Below the pieces are notes generated by a model. The model was not told the DNA's origin and searched no databases. It was given only the letters and a program-made list of their open reading frames with translations. From Candidatus Zixiibacteriota bacterium (GTDB taxonomy: Bacteria > Zixibacteria > MSB-5A5 > GN15 > FEB-12): a stretch of DNA of 45,909 bases. The stretch is taken from positions 1 through 45,909 of the forward strand of contig JBGSIV010000020.1 in assembly GCA_041742355.1 (NCBI GenBank), given 5' to 3'. The position numbers were made by a program, and so were the translations under genes. Below are positions 8,815 to 19,479 of this stretch, one piece after another (positions within the stretch are counted from its first letter, which is position 1; every line of letters begins with the position of its first letter).

Positions 8815-10088
8815 TGCCGCCTCTGTCCTATGCCTCCGCGGAGCGATTCCTTCTCTCGCGCGAGTTTTTCGGCATGAAACTCGGGTTGGAGAACATCTCC
8901 GAATTTCTCGAATCGATCGGCTCCCCGCAGTTTGGATTCCTGACGATTCATATTGCCGGCACGAACGGCAAGGGATCCACGGCGAGCATGCTGGCTTCGA
9001 TACTGCAGGCGCAGGGATACAAGACGGGGCTGTACACTTCACCACACCTGGTTTCGCTGCGCGAACGCGTGCGGATCGACGATACGGATATTCCCAAAAC
9101 GGCCGTCACGGCCTACGTCCGGCGGCACCGCCGGGAGTTGATCCGGCGAAAGCTGTCGTTTTTCGAGGTGATGACGGCGATGGCGTTCGAGCACTTCAGC
9201 CGGAGCGGGGTGGAAGTGGCCGTGATTGAAACCGGCCTCGGGGGGCGGCTCGATGCCACCAATGTCATGCGGCCGCTCCTGACAATCGTGACTGATATCA
9301 GCCGCGACCACATGGAGATCCTCGGAGGCACGCTCCGCAGAATCGCCATCGAGAAGGCGGGCATAATCAAGTCGGGGGTGCCGCATTTGATCGGGCTGTT
9401 GCCCGACGAGGCCCGGAAAGTCATGGTCGACGGGTGCCGAAAGATAGACGCGCCGCTGCATCGTCTTTCGAGGCGGGAGTACGCAGCGTATCCATCAGAG
9501 AACCGGGTCGACTTCCGTGACAATCTATGGGGAGTTCGCGGGGTCCGTCCGGGTTTGCTCGGACCGCACCAGCTGAAGAATGCCGCGCTCGTGTTCAAGG
9601 CGGTGGGGCTGCTGCGGACACAGGGACTGCCAATCAGCCGGAAAGCGGCCCTCGAGGGCATGGCGGATGTGCGATGGCCAGGGCGATTCCAGGTTTTACG
9701 AGTGCCAAACCAGCCGACCCTCGTGTTCGATGTCGGCCACAACGCCGGCGGCGTGGCTGCCTTTGCGGAGACATTCCGAACCTGCTTTCCCGGACAGCGG
9801 GCTCACATTCTGACGGGATTCGTCAAGAAGAAAGAGCATCAGAAGATGTTTGACCAGTTGGCGGGGATCGCGGCGGAGTATGTCATTGTTCCACTGGCAA
9901 CTCGACGGTCGGTCGATACACAGGAGCTGATCCGGACAATCCGATGGCGGGGAGTGCCGGTGCACCGGCATGGGACGATCCTGACCGGGTGGCGCCGGCT
10001 CACTGAAAGCTGCGGCCCGGACGACATTATCTGTGTGATCGGTTCGCACTACCTGGTGGGCGAGTTCTTCCAGAAGATCGGTACGTAG
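8811..10088 (+). CDS. folC: folylpolyglutamate synthase/dihydrofolate synthase
   Basis: 'IHIAGTNGKGST', 'YTSPHL', 'ETGLGGRLDATN', 'WPGRFQ', 'DVGHN', 'GSHYLVG'; ATGA overlap with accD. Confidence 0.97.
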   Translation: MMPPLSYASAERFLLSREFFGMKLGLENISEFLESIGSPQFGFLTIHIAGTNGKGSTASMLASILQAQGYKTGLYTSPHLVSLRERVRIDDTDIPKTAVTAYVRRHRRELIRRKLSFFEVMTAMAFEHFSRSGVEVAVIETGLGGRLDATNVMRPLLTIVTDISRDHMEILGGTLRRIAIEKAGIIKSGVPHLIGLLPDEARKVMVDGCRKIDAPLHRLSRREYAAYPSENRVDFRDNLWGVRGVRPGLLGPHQLKNAALVFKAVGLLRTQGLPISRKAALEGMADVRWPGRFQVLRVPNQPTLVFDVGHNAGGVAAFAETFRTCFPGQRAHILTGFVKKKEHQKMFDQLAGIAAEYVIVPLATRRSVDTQELIRTIRWRGVPVHRHGTILTGWRRLTESCGPDDIICVIGSHYLVGEFFQKIGT

Positions 10089-11504
10089 ATGGCGGAAGCG
10101 AAACCAAGGAAGAAACCGGCGAGCGGCCGGAGCAAGACGGCTGGTGATCCTCAGTTGCGCCCGGTGCGGGGTACCTCCGCGAAAGCGGCGGCCCAGACGT
10201 CGGCGGGAACGCTGGAGAGCACGACTGACAAAATCACCCGCCTGACCGAAACTAATCGCCAGCTCAAGCGAAAGATCTTTGACCTCTACACAATATTCGA
10301 GATCAGCCGCAATTTCAGTTCGGTGCTGAACTACCAGACGTTGCTGGATTCGTTCATTCTCACCTGTGTCGCCCAGGTTTCGGCGTCGAAAGCGGCGATC
10401 TTCCTGAAGCGGGATTCTCAAAGCAACAAGTTCGTTATTGCAAAGAGCAAGGGCTCCGGGGCGTTCCCGGACAAAGAGGGGGCGTTTTCCGGAGACTCCC
10501 GGATGGCTGCCTACCTTGCCCGATTGAACCGACCGGTGTTGACGGTCGAGCTGATCGACGGGTTCTCGACCGAAGCGGAAACGGACATCCTGCGGATGTT
10601 CTCTCCCGGCCTGGTCGTGCCCCTCATCTACCAGAGCCGCCTCACCGGGGTGGTGCTGATCGGCGAGAAGATGGGGGCGAAGGAGTTCGGGCTGGACGAT
10701 ATCGAGTTTCTCTCGATTCTGGGCAACCAGATATCGGTGGCGATCGAGAACGCCCGCCTCTACGAGGCGGAGAAAGCGGCCACCCAGCAGTTGCTGGCCG
10801 CGCAGCATCAACTGGTCCACACCGAGCGGCTCGCCGCGCTGGGGGAGATGTCGGCCCGGGTCGCCCACGAGGTAAACAACCCGCTCGGAATTATCAAGAA
10901 CTACCTGCTCCTGATCAAGCGGGCCGCTGCCGGAAATGTCGAGGCCGGCAACTACCTCGAAATCGTTGGACAGGAAATCGACCGAATCGCCCGAATCGTG
11001 CGCGAGTTGCTGGATTTCCACCGCCCCGAGAAGGCCGCATCGCAGCCGGTGGATGTGCTGACAGTAATCGAAGATGTTCTGGTTCTGATGGACCGTCAGT
11101 TCGAGAATACCCGGATTGAGGTGGTGCGCGAGTTTGTTTCCAACCTGCCGCTGGTGATGGGCTCGCCCGAGAACATCAAGCAGGTGGTGCTCAATATCGT
11201 GCTGAACGCGTGCGACGCGATGACCGACGGGGGGCGTCTGACAATCAGGGCCGGCCGGGTCAAACACGGCATTCATATCAGTTTCTGCGACACCGGGCCG
11301 GGCATTCCACCGGAGATTATTCCCCGGATATTCGAGCCGTTCTTCACCACGAAAGAAGAGGGGAAGGGAACCGGGCTCGGGCTGGCGGTGTGCTACGGGA
11401 TAATAAAACGCCACGGCGGGACGATAACGTATAAGAACACGGAGGTCGGCGGCTGTTTCGAGATCGTGCTGCCGGCCGTAGTCGAACGGAACAGCAATGA
11501 GTAG
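10089..11504 (+). CDS. cytoplasmic GAF-domain histidine kinase (NtrB-like)
   Basis: GAF ending 'ISVAIENARLY', H-box 'AHEVNNPL', 'QVVLNIVLNA', 'DTGPGI', 'FEPFFTTKEEGKGTGLGL'; no TM segment seen. Confidence 0.93.
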   Translation: MAEAKPRKKPASGRSKTAGDPQLRPVRGTSAKAAAQTSAGTLESTTDKITRLTETNRQLKRKIFDLYTIFEISRNFSSVLNYQTLLDSFILTCVAQVSASKAAIFLKRDSQSNKFVIAKSKGSGAFPDKEGAFSGDSRMAAYLARLNRPVLTVELIDGFSTEAETDILRMFSPGLVVPLIYQSRLTGVVLIGEKMGAKEFGLDDIEFLSILGNQISVAIENARLYEAEKAATQQLLAAQHQLVHTERLAALGEMSARVAHEVNNPLGIIKNYLLLIKRAAAGNVEAGNYLEIVGQEIDRIARIVRELLDFHRPEKAASQPVDVLTVIEDVLVLMDRQFENTRIEVVREFVSNLPLVMGSPENIKQVVLNIVLNACDAMTDGGRLTIRAGRVKHGIHISFCDTGPGIPPEIIPRIFEPFFTTKEEGKGTGLGLAVCYGIIKRHGGTITYKNTEVGGCFEIVLPAVVERNSNE

Positions 11505-13635
11505 CGGCGAACGCATAATCATCATAGACGACGAACGGCGCATGTGCGAATCGCTCGCGGCCTTGCTCACCGGGGACGGATACGAGGTTGAGACCTACCA
11601 GAATTCCGCGGAAGCCGCGACGGCGATTGCCGCCCGCAAAGTCGATCTCGTCATCAGCGACATCAAAATGCCCGGCATGGACGGGATCGAGCTGCTCCGC
11701 CGGGTGAAGCAGGTCGACGAGGGGATTCCCGTCATTCTCATGACTGGCTACGGCTCGCTGGACACGGCGATCGAAGCGGTGGCGAACGGGGCCTACGACT
11801 ACCTGCTCAAGCCGGTGGAGTTCAGCTACCTGGAGCTGGCGGTGAACCGTGCGCTGGAGAAACGCCGATCTGACCTCGCCCGCTTGCAGCTGCTGGAAGA
11901 ACTCCGGCTGTCCAACATGATCCTCAAGCGCCGCATGGACGACCTGAATGCGCTCTACGAAGCCGGCAAATCGATCGGCTCGACTGCAAACCTGAATGAC
12001 CTTCTTCGCCAGATTGTGACGCTCGCCTCGACTGTGACCGAGGCGCAGGTGGGGTCGATCATGCTGCTGGACGACGCCGGCGAGTACCTGACCATCGAAG
12101 CGGCGATCGGCCTGGATGAGGAAATCGTCACCCAGACCCGTCTGCCGCTCGGGACATCGATTGCGGGGAAGGTGGCCCAGGAAGGCGAGCCGCTCATTAT
12201 CAAGGATGTGGAGGCCGATCCCCGCTTCAAGCGGATCAACAAGGAGCGCTACGGCGCGGCCTCGCTCTTGTGTTGTCCGCTCCGCATCAAAAACAAGGTT
12301 ATCGGCGTGATCAATATGGCCAACAAGGACGGCGGGGAGAACTTTTCCGACAACGACCTCCGCCTGTTGACCACGTTCGCCTCGCAGGCGGCGGTGGCGG
12401 TTGATGACGCCAACCAGTTTGAGCGCAACCGTCGTCGGCTGGCCGAGTTCGAGATTCTCGACGAGATTTCCGGCGAGTTACCCGACATTGCCAGTATCAA
12501 CGGCTTCCGGGAAACGCTCGTAAGCAAACTCACGCGCATATTTCCGATCGACCACGCGTTGTGGTTCAACTGGGATGCCGGGGCCTGCACGCTGACGGCC
12601 ACCGGGGTGTCGGGGGCGCCCGACATGCCGATGACCGACAGCGGCAGCGTCGATCTCCGTCGCATCAAGCGGGAACTCGTGGCGATCGGACCGTTTGATT
12701 TCTCCGACGCCGACTTGGCCGATATCGACTGCCTCTCGCGCAAAATTGCCGACCAAATCCGCGGACGGGAAATCCTGCCGCAGCCGCAGCACGCCTTCAT
12801 GGCGCTGCCGATCAAGCGGAAAGGGGAACTGGCGCACGTCTTCTTCCTTGCGGCCGATGGCACCCGCCGGTACAGCCAGGATGACATCTCGCTGGCGCGG
12901 CTGGTCGTCTCCCAGGCGGCGCTGCTGTTCGAGCGGGAGCAGTCGTTGTTGAACTCGACGCGGCTGCTCACGATGGGCAACATGATCAGCGAAATATCCC
13001 ACGACCTGCGCAAGCCCCTGACCTCGATCAAAGGGAGCCTGCAGGTGCTGGCGATGAAACACCCGGAGATCACGGCGAATTCGGAGCTGTTCAAGACGGC
13101 CGAAGAGGAGATCCACCGGATGAACGAACTGGTGCGAGAGCTGGTCGATTTCTCCAATCCGAACAAGTACCAGACGGAGAAGATCGACCTGCGGCGGATT
13201 GTCGCCCGCGCAGCCGAACTGGTCGGGCCGGACCTTCGCAAGAAGGGGATTATCTTCATCTCGGAGTTTGCCGACGCAGACTGGGACCTGATTCTGAACA
13301 AAAACCAGATTCTGGAGACTTTTCTGAATCTGTTTCTCAATGCGGTCGATGCCATGCCGGTGGGTGGAGAATTGCGGGTGGAAGGGCTGATCGAGCGCCC
13401 GGACCACCGCAAAGAGGAGTACCTCGCGATTCGCGTGATCGACACCGGCTGCGGGATCAGGAAGGAGAATCTATCGCGGATATTCGACCGCTATTACACG
13501 ACCAAAGAAACGGGGACAGGACTCGGGCTGGCAGTGGTCGAGCGGATCATCAGTGCGCACTCCGGGACACTGGCGGTCAGTTCGGAAGAAGGACGGGGCA
13601 CGACCTTCACGCTGTATTTCCCCGACAGTCATTAA
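11497..13635 (+). CDS. hybrid REC-GAF-GAF-histidine kinase
   Basis: N-terminal REC (IDDE, SDIKMPG, LLKP), two GAF-like regions, 'SHDLRKPL', 'NLFLNA', 'DTGCGI', 'GTGLGL'. Confidence 0.92.
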   Translation: MSSGERIIIIDDERRMCESLAALLTGDGYEVETYQNSAEAATAIAARKVDLVISDIKMPGMDGIELLRRVKQVDEGIPVILMTGYGSLDTAIEAVANGAYDYLLKPVEFSYLELAVNRALEKRRSDLARLQLLEELRLSNMILKRRMDDLNALYEAGKSIGSTANLNDLLRQIVTLASTVTEAQVGSIMLLDDAGEYLTIEAAIGLDEEIVTQTRLPLGTSIAGKVAQEGEPLIIKDVEADPRFKRINKERYGAASLLCCPLRIKNKVIGVINMANKDGGENFSDNDLRLLTTFASQAAVAVDDANQFERNRRRLAEFEILDEISGELPDIASINGFRETLVSKLTRIFPIDHALWFNWDAGACTLTATGVSGAPDMPMTDSGSVDLRRIKRELVAIGPFDFSDADLADIDCLSRKIADQIRGREILPQPQHAFMALPIKRKGELAHVFFLAADGTRRYSQDDISLARLVVSQAALLFEREQSLLNSTRLLTMGNMISEISHDLRKPLTSIKGSLQVLAMKHPEITANSELFKTAEEEIHRMNELVRELVDFSNPNKYQTEKIDLRRIVARAAELVGPDLRKKGIIFISEFADADWDLILNKNQILETFLNLFLNAVDAMPVGGELRVEGLIERPDHRKEEYLAIRVIDTGCGIRKENLSRIFDRYYTTKETGTGLGLAVVERIISAHSGTLAVSSEEGRGTTFTLYFPDSH

Positions 13636-13753
13636 ACTCTGCGCTTTATTGCCTCTCTGCACGCTTTTGCTCAAAAATCGCAAGAAAGTTGTCGCGGGCT
13701 ATTGATTTTGTGTGCAAATTGCCGATACTCCGCAGTAAGTGAGCGTGTTGCAT

Positions 13754-15199
13754 ATGCCAAGACAAAAGACAAAAATACTGGTAATTGATGACGATCCGAA
13801 GATCGCCTGGATCCTGTCCGAAGGACTGGGGGCGAAATTCGAATTCGCGTCCGCCCGCGACGGTATCGAGGGACTGCAAATGGTCTCAACCGAGCAGCCG
13901 GAGTTGATTCTCCTGGACATCAAGATGCCCGGGATGTCCGGCCTGGAAGTGCTGGAGAAGCTCAACAAGCTCGACTGCCGGCCGGAAGTCATTATGGTTT
14001 CTGGACATGGCGATACCAACTACGTGGTCGACTCGATCAAACTCGGGGCGGCTGAATTTATCAACAAGCCGTTCGATGTTGCGGAGATCGAAATTCACAT
14101 CAACAGCGTGCTCGAACGCCGCAATCTGAAGCGCGAGGTCAAGGAACTCAAAACCGAACTTCAGGCCCAGTCCGCCTACGCCAATTTCATCGGTGACTCC
14201 GAGGTGATGACCCGCACGAAGGAGATCATCGAGCAGGTCGCCGATTCGGAATTGACCGTTCTTATCCGCGGGGAGTCGGGCACCGGCAAGGAAATAGCCG
14301 CTCGCTCGTTGCATCAGCTCTCTGCTCGAAAGGACCGCCCGTTCATCAAAGTGAACTGCGCCGCGATCCCGCGCGACCTGCTTGAGGCCGAGCTGTTCGG
14401 CTACGAGAAGGGGGCGTTTACCGGGGCGCACAAAACGAAGCAGGGGCGATTCGAGATTGCCAACAAGGGGACGATTTTCCTCGACGAAATCGGCGACATG
14501 CCGATGGAACTGCAGTCGAAGCTGCTCCAGGTGCTCGAACAGCAGGAGTTTGTCCGGGTCGGCGGGATCAACTCGATCCATGTCGATGTCCGAATCATCT
14601 GCGCTACCAACCGGAATCTCGAGACGGCGATTCAGGATCACGGGTTCCGCGACGACCTCTTTTACCGACTGAACGAGATCACCCTGTTTCTGCCGCCCCT
14701 GCGCGAGCGGCCGGAAGATATTCCGATCTTGGTCACGCACTTCATCGAGAAGTACAATAAGCTCTACGCGAAGCAGTTTGCCGCCCTTTCACCGGAGACG
14801 ATCGACCGCCTCGTGCGCTTCTCCTGGCCGGGGAATGTGCGCCAGCTTGAGAACATGATCAAGCAGGTGGCCGTGCGCGGCGATGAATCAATCATCATTG
14901 AGCTGATCAATTCTGCTGCTTCCGCGCCGAGGACGCTGACCCAGGCGCAGCCGACCGCCAACCATTACCAGACAGTGAGCGCGGGAGTGCCGCACGGGGT
15001 ATCGGGCAACGGTCCGGCGGATACCTACTCGCTGAAAGACCGCATCGGAAAGACGGTGGCGGAGGAAGAGAAGCGGCTGATCGCTGAGGTCTTAACCAAG
15101 ACCAACTGGAATCGGCGCAAAGCGGCGGATCTGCTTGAAATCAGCTACCGTTCCCTGCTCTACAAGATCAAAGAGTACAACCTCAATTCTACTAAGTAG
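13754..15199 (+). CDS. sigma54-dependent response regulator (NtrC family: REC-AAA+-Fis HTH)
   Basis: REC, 'GESGTGKE', intact 'GAFTGA', 'FLDEIG', 'RDDLFYRLN', 'WPGNVRQL', HTH '[21 protein letters not shown]'; ATG at 13754, alternative GTG at 13739. Confidence 0.96.
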   Translation: MPRQKTKILVIDDDPKIAWILSEGLGAKFEFASARDGIEGLQMVSTEQPELILLDIKMPGMSGLEVLEKLNKLDCRPEVIMVSGHGDTNYVVDSIKLGAAEFINKPFDVAEIEIHINSVLERRNLKREVKELKTELQAQSAYANFIGDSEVMTRTKEIIEQVADSELTVLIRGESGTGKEIAARSLHQLSARKDRPFIKVNCAAIPRDLLEAELFGYEKGAFTGAHKTKQGRFEIANKGTIFLDEIGDMPMELQSKLLQVLEQQEFVRVGGINSIHVDVRIICATNRNLETAIQDHGFRDDLFYRLNEITLFLPPLRERPEDIPILVTHFIEKYNKLYAKQFAALSPETIDRLVRFSWPGNVRQLENMIKQVAVRGDESIIIELINSAASAPRTLTQAQPTANHYQTVSAGVPHGVSGNGPADTYSLKDRIGKTVAEEEKRLIAEVLTKTNWNRRKAADLLEISYRSLLYKIKEYNLNSTK

Positions 15200-15441
15200 T
15201 TGTCTGACAGCGCCTGGCGAAGATAAGTCGTCTTCCGTTGCCGAATTACCTTGCCGACTTGCTGCTTTTTTTTTGCACATGTTTGCATAACCGAGAGCGC
15301 TGTAGTCGGCGTTTGGCTCTCCTTTGGCGATTCGTCGGAAATTGTTAACTGATTGCAAATCAATGTGGTTCATGCTCGTACCAATGTGCGTTCGGGTAGT
15401 TGTGGGGAAATGTTTTCCGAAACAGACCATGCTTGGCGAGA

Positions 15442-15457
15442 CGGAATGATTCTTGCT
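15442..15457 (+). promoter_or_regulatory. putative sigma54 -24/-12 promoter
   Basis: CGGAATGATTCTTGCT has GG-N10-GC with a TTGCT -12 box; lies downstream of the NtrC-type gene and upstream of the GGDEF-like gene. Confidence 0.55.
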
Positions 15458-15513
15458 GTTTACGGCTTGCACAGTGCGTCTGAAAGATGCCGCACGATTT
15501 GGTAGAGAGGACT

Positions 15514-15933
15514 ATGGAAGACTGCACATTCTTAGAAAAGGTCGATCTGGAGCTCAAGCGAGCGGAGCGGTATTCTGTCTTTGTCTCGCTGGTGGTGTTT
15601 GATCTGACTTTTCTGCAGAATCACTTCGGTTCGGATGCCGGAGCGTTGGTCCACCGTCTGAGCACGGATGCGCGGCGGAGTGTGCGCGAAATTGATGTAG
15701 TCTCGGTGATTGACGACAACAAGCTGGTGCTACTACTGCCGGAAACGCCGCGTCAGGGTGCAGAGATCGCCGGACGGCGGGTAGCCGAACTGCTGAAAAA
15801 CCATTTGTCGGCAGAGAACCCGGAAATCGCCGAGAAGATTATCCCCTTGGAGATGGCATCATATCCGGATGCCGCGGGTGCGCGGAGTATCCGTCAGTTT
15901 CTCGGGGATTACATGGAGCGGCATCGGAACTGA
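15514..15933 (+). CDS. stand-alone degenerate GGDEF-like protein
   Basis: 'ELKRAERYSVFVSLVVFDL', 'VREIDVV', 'LLLPETPRQGA', 'SYP' follow the GGDEF fold, but GGDEF is replaced by IDDNK; RBS GAGAGG supports the ATG at 15514. Confidence 0.75.
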   Translation: MEDCTFLEKVDLELKRAERYSVFVSLVVFDLTFLQNHFGSDAGALVHRLSTDARRSVREIDVVSVIDDNKLVLLLPETPRQGAEIAGRRVAELLKNHLSAENPEIAEKIIPLEMASYPDAAGARSIRQFLGDYMERHRN

Positions 15934-16004
15934 TGTCGGGTGCAGTAAGGAATAGCGAAATCGAACCCCCCTGCCTTTATTGTTCTAATACCTCCCGTTT
16001 CTTT

Positions 16005-16035
16005 AAGACCGCCTGACCCCTCAGGCGGTCTTTTT
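16005..16035. terminator. terminator between convergent genes
   Basis: aagaccgcctga-cccc-tcaggcggtctt followed by a T-run. Confidence 0.75.
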
Positions 16036-16062
16036 ATGGCCAGTCCGCTATAAGAACGTCAA

Positions 16063-19000
16063 TCACCCCGCACACCCGATCCGCGCCGGATCTCCCCCCT
16101 TGAAGAGGAGGTTCACGAGGAAGGTCAGGTCGCTGACATTGATCTTGCAGTCGCCGTTTATATCGGCCGTCTTCTCCTCACACACCGACGGCTCTCCCCG
16201 GAAGAGGTGGCCGACAAGCGAGGTGAGGTCACCGACATTCAGGGAGTGATTGTTGTCGACATCGCCGAGAGTCCAGGTCCAGAATGACTCCGCCGGCGAC
16301 TCGGTGACATTGCCGGTATTGTCCTCGGCGGTAACCTTCCACCAGTAGCGCGTGGCGAACAAGAGCGAGTCGGCCGGAGCAAAGATCGTATCCGAGGCCG
16401 TCTCGGTTACAACTGCCGATTCAAACCCGGCGTCAATCGCAAGGTGAATGCGGTAGGAGACGGTATCGAGCGGATCGGGGTCGATTGAGCTGGTCCAGGT
16501 GAAAGTTGGCAGCAATTCGGTCAGAGCACAGGTGTCGGGATGAATCGAGAACACTCTAGGCATTTCGGGCGGTTCGTGAGTGGCATTTACCCAGAAGGAA
16601 GCGGCAGAAGCATCCGACCAGGGGGAGTACTCGAAACCGTCAAACGCGCGTGCTTTCCAGAAATACTGCGTATTCTCGTCGAGGATCTCCGGTACTGTCC
16701 ATCCTGTTGAGTCGGAAGTCTGAGATATGCCGCTTGTGTTGAGGTTCTCCGGGCCGGAGAGAGTGGAGTCGGCGCCGACGGCAAACTCGAAGGTCAGCGA
16801 ATCACTCTCGGCGTCAGGCTCACCGGCGAGCCAGAGCACCGGCTGCTCGCTGCTATAGGCCTCGTCGATCGGCGACAGCAATGTCGGCGGATAAGGCGCC
16901 GTGTTCATACGGAAGGGCAGGACAAACCAGTCGGACCAGACCCGGCTGTTGTGCGTCCGCAGCCCCAGAGAGTACGAAGCACCATCCTCCGGCGGAAGAC
17001 CACCAAAGACGATAGACTGATCGGTTGACTGGATTGAAGCCGGATTCCAGACCGCGGCCCCGATCCAGTCGGAGTCGTGCCCGACGGCGACTTCAAATGC
17101 TGTCTGCACGGCGGCCTGGTTGGTGTCGGTGTAAACCCACCGGATGATCGGGAGGTGGTTCAGAACGTGCAAGAGATCTGACTCACCGTCAAAGGTCACG
17201 TTCGCAAGAGCAGGGATCGTGTCCACCACGGACAGCAGCAGCACCGCTGTGTCGGCCAGGGAAATATCGGCGGCGACGATCAGGATGCTGTAACTGCCGA
17301 TCAGAGTCGAATCCGCTGCGAACGAGAGCACGCCCACACCGTTGCCGCTGTCGACAAACACGGCATCGCCGGGAAGATCGATCATGGCAAGCAGGATCGA
17401 ATCATTCTCCTGATCGGTTGCGACCACCGGTAGCTGCAGGGTGTCGCCGATAAACACGTGTACAGGCAGAATCTCGCCGATATACGGGGCGCGGTTGACA
17501 TCGATAACGGTGATCGTTACGATCTGGCTGTCGGCCATCAGGGAGTCATCGAAAGCGATGATCAGTACCTCGTAGAGACCGGCCCGCTCGTAATCGGGAG
17601 TCCAGGTAAGCTGGGCGGTGCCATTGCCGCTATCGACAAAGGACGCGCCGGCGGGGAGATTCTCGGCGGTAAGTCGCGGGATGTTGTCCGGGTCGGACGC
17701 GGAGACGTACAAAGTCAGCAACTGGCCCTCGTCAACCGACAACTCTGGGAGGGAGTCAAGCACGGGGGAATCATTCAGTTCGAAAACATCGATGTACACC
17801 GCCTGAGTGTCGGCCCGGTAACCATCGGAAACGATCACCGTGAACCCCGTGTCGCCAGAATTGTCGCCGGGGGTTCCGGAGAGTGTGTCGGCAGCGAAAG
17901 AGCACCAACTCGGGACGCCGGAAAGTGTGATCGATGTATCGGGGCCGTCAGGATCGACAAAGCTGATGACGTGGATGAACTGCTCATTTTCGATGACCGC
18001 AATGCTATCGACTGACGTGATTGCCGGTACTTGATCGACGCAGGCGACGGTGATCGCGCCGATCGACAGCGAGCAGCCGTTATTCTCGGCATGGCAGGGG
18101 GAGACATCGTACAGGCCGTCCGACGGCGCGGCCGGGTTGCAGAAGAGTGGATCAGCGCTGAGGTTTCCGGCGACGCCCGAGTCCGGAGCGACATCGCCGA
18201 ACCAGTCGCCTGCGGCGTTGTTGTATATATTCGTGCAACTGATCAGCAACTGGGCGGTGGAGTCGGTTCTTCCGACCGGCGGACGTCTGTGGTTGAGCGC
18301 GATGAGGCTGCGGTCGATAGTCACGGTGGCGGAGGTTCCGGCCGCGACCGCCGACCAGCCGGTCACTGTGTCTGCGTAGTTGCGGGTGAAGCTGCAGCCG
18401 GTGATTGTCGCGGTTGATCCGGTGTCGGCAAAGATGGCCATGGCATAGATCTTTCCGCTGGCGCCGTAGGTGGTACTGCTGTCAAACACGCAGTCGGTGA
18501 AAGTCGCCGAGGCGGCGTGGAGGTAAATTGCCCCGGCGAAGGCTGATCGATTGACGCCTTCGCTGTGCGTGGCTTCAAGTGTGCATCTCTGGAACGCAGG
18601 GTTGGAGCCATTGCCGATTACGGCAACCGCGGCATGAGCGTAGTACCCCTTGTTCCCGACGAACCGGCAGTTGGTGAGTACGGGGGAGGAGTTGTTGCAG
18701 ACGATTGCCCCCTGGGCGACATCGGCGACATTGTCGATGAAGTCGCAGTTGCGAAAGATGGCGTTGGCCTGATTAGAGCAGCGGACAACCGAAGCGCGGC
18801 CGAGCCAGGGGGACGATTGCTCGGATTGGTTCTCCTTGCATTCGGAGCAGCCACCGGTATTTTCGGCGAAAGTGCAGCTATCGAAAATCGGAGAGGCGTT
18901 GTCGCATGCGATCGGGCTGCCGGCATTGAACCCGGTAAAGATGCAATTGCGGAAGGCGGGCGATGATTGCATCAGCATCACAGCCCGTCCTTCGGTGGGA

Positions 19001-19356
19001 AGGTATTCGGCAGAGTCCGTGAAGGTGAAACCTTCAACGCTCGTGGTGCTGCCCTCTCCCGAGACAAAGAAGAAGCATCGGGCGTAGGGGGTGCCGTCGA
19101 TGAAACGGTAGTAGACAATAGTGGTGGAGGCGGGGCCGTTTTCTGATCGAAGGGTAATCGGTTTTCCCCAGGAAGAAACCTCGAGATTGCCCGGCCCGGT
19201 GTACACGCCCTCGGCGACGAGAACGGTGTCACCGGCGAATGCGGCATCGATTCCGGCCTGAATAGTAGGTTGATCGCCCGGAACGTGAATGGTCCCGGCA
19301 TCGGCCAGAGAGACCGTAATGCAGCACACTAGCACTGACCAGGATATCCACCGCAT
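16063..19356 (-). CDS. secreted multidomain protein: right-handed beta-helix, cadherin/Ig-like repeats, FN3-like modules, C-terminal dockerin-like domain
   Basis: Signal peptide; 'IHVPGDQPTIQAGIDAA..GDTVLVAEGVY' beta-helix cap; repeated 'F.NC.F..N' strands; 'ASDPD', 'WTPDY' and 'VNRAP' Ig repeats; duplicated EF-hand-like 'GDVDNNHSLNVGDLT..ADINGDCKINVSDLT'. Confidence 0.85.
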   Translation of the reverse strand: MRWISWSVLVCCITVSLADAGTIHVPGDQPTIQAGIDAAFAGDTVLVAEGVYTGPGNLEVSSWGKPITLRSENGPASTTIVYYRFIDGTPYARCFFFVSGEGSTTSVEGFTFTDSAEYLPTEGRAVMLMQSSPAFRNCIFTGFNAGSPIACDNASPIFDSCTFAENTGGCSECKENQSEQSSPWLGRASVVRCSNQANAIFRNCDFIDNVADVAQGAIVCNNSSPVLTNCRFVGNKGYYAHAAVAVIGNGSNPAFQRCTLEATHSEGVNRSAFAGAIYLHAASATFTDCVFDSSTTYGASGKIYAMAIFADTGSTATITGCSFTRNYADTVTGWSAVAAGTSATVTIDRSLIALNHRRPPVGRTDSTAQLLISCTNIYNNAAGDWFGDVAPDSGVAGNLSADPLFCNPAAPSDGLYDVSPCHAENNGCSLSIGAITVACVDQVPAITSVDSIAVIENEQFIHVISFVDPDGPDTSITLSGVPSWCSFAADTLSGTPGDNSGDTGFTVIVSDGYRADTQAVYIDVFELNDSPVLDSLPELSVDEGQLLTLYVSASDPDNIPRLTAENLPAGASFVDSGNGTAQLTWTPDYERAGLYEVLIIAFDDSLMADSQIVTITVIDVNRAPYIGEILPVHVFIGDTLQLPVVATDQENDSILLAMIDLPGDAVFVDSGNGVGVLSFAADSTLIGSYSILIVAADISLADTAVLLLSVVDTIPALANVTFDGESDLLHVLNHLPIIRWVYTDTNQAAVQTAFEVAVGHDSDWIGAAVWNPASIQSTDQSIVFGGLPPEDGASYSLGLRTHNSRVWSDWFVLPFRMNTAPYPPTLLSPIDEAYSSEQPVLWLAGEPDAESDSLTFEFAVGADSTLSGPENLNTSGISQTSDSTGWTVPEILDENTQYFWKARAFDGFEYSPWSDASAASFWVNATHEPPEMPRVFSIHPDTCALTELLPTFTWTSSIDPDPLDTVSYRIHLAIDAGFESAVVTETASDTIFAPADSLLFATRYWWKVTAEDNTGNVTESPAESFWTWTLGDVDNNHSLNVGDLTSLVGHLFRGEPSVCEEKTADINGDCKINVSDLTFLVNLLFKGGDPARIGCAG

Positions 19357-19479
19357 GCAAAGTTACTCCGGGTACACTACTACGAAACCGCTTCGGACTG
19401 CCGTCAATATAGGATGTTCTCAGCAGTCACCAAAAGAGAATCAGTCGCTGGTGCGAAAAATCAGCCGGCGAGAAGCTGC

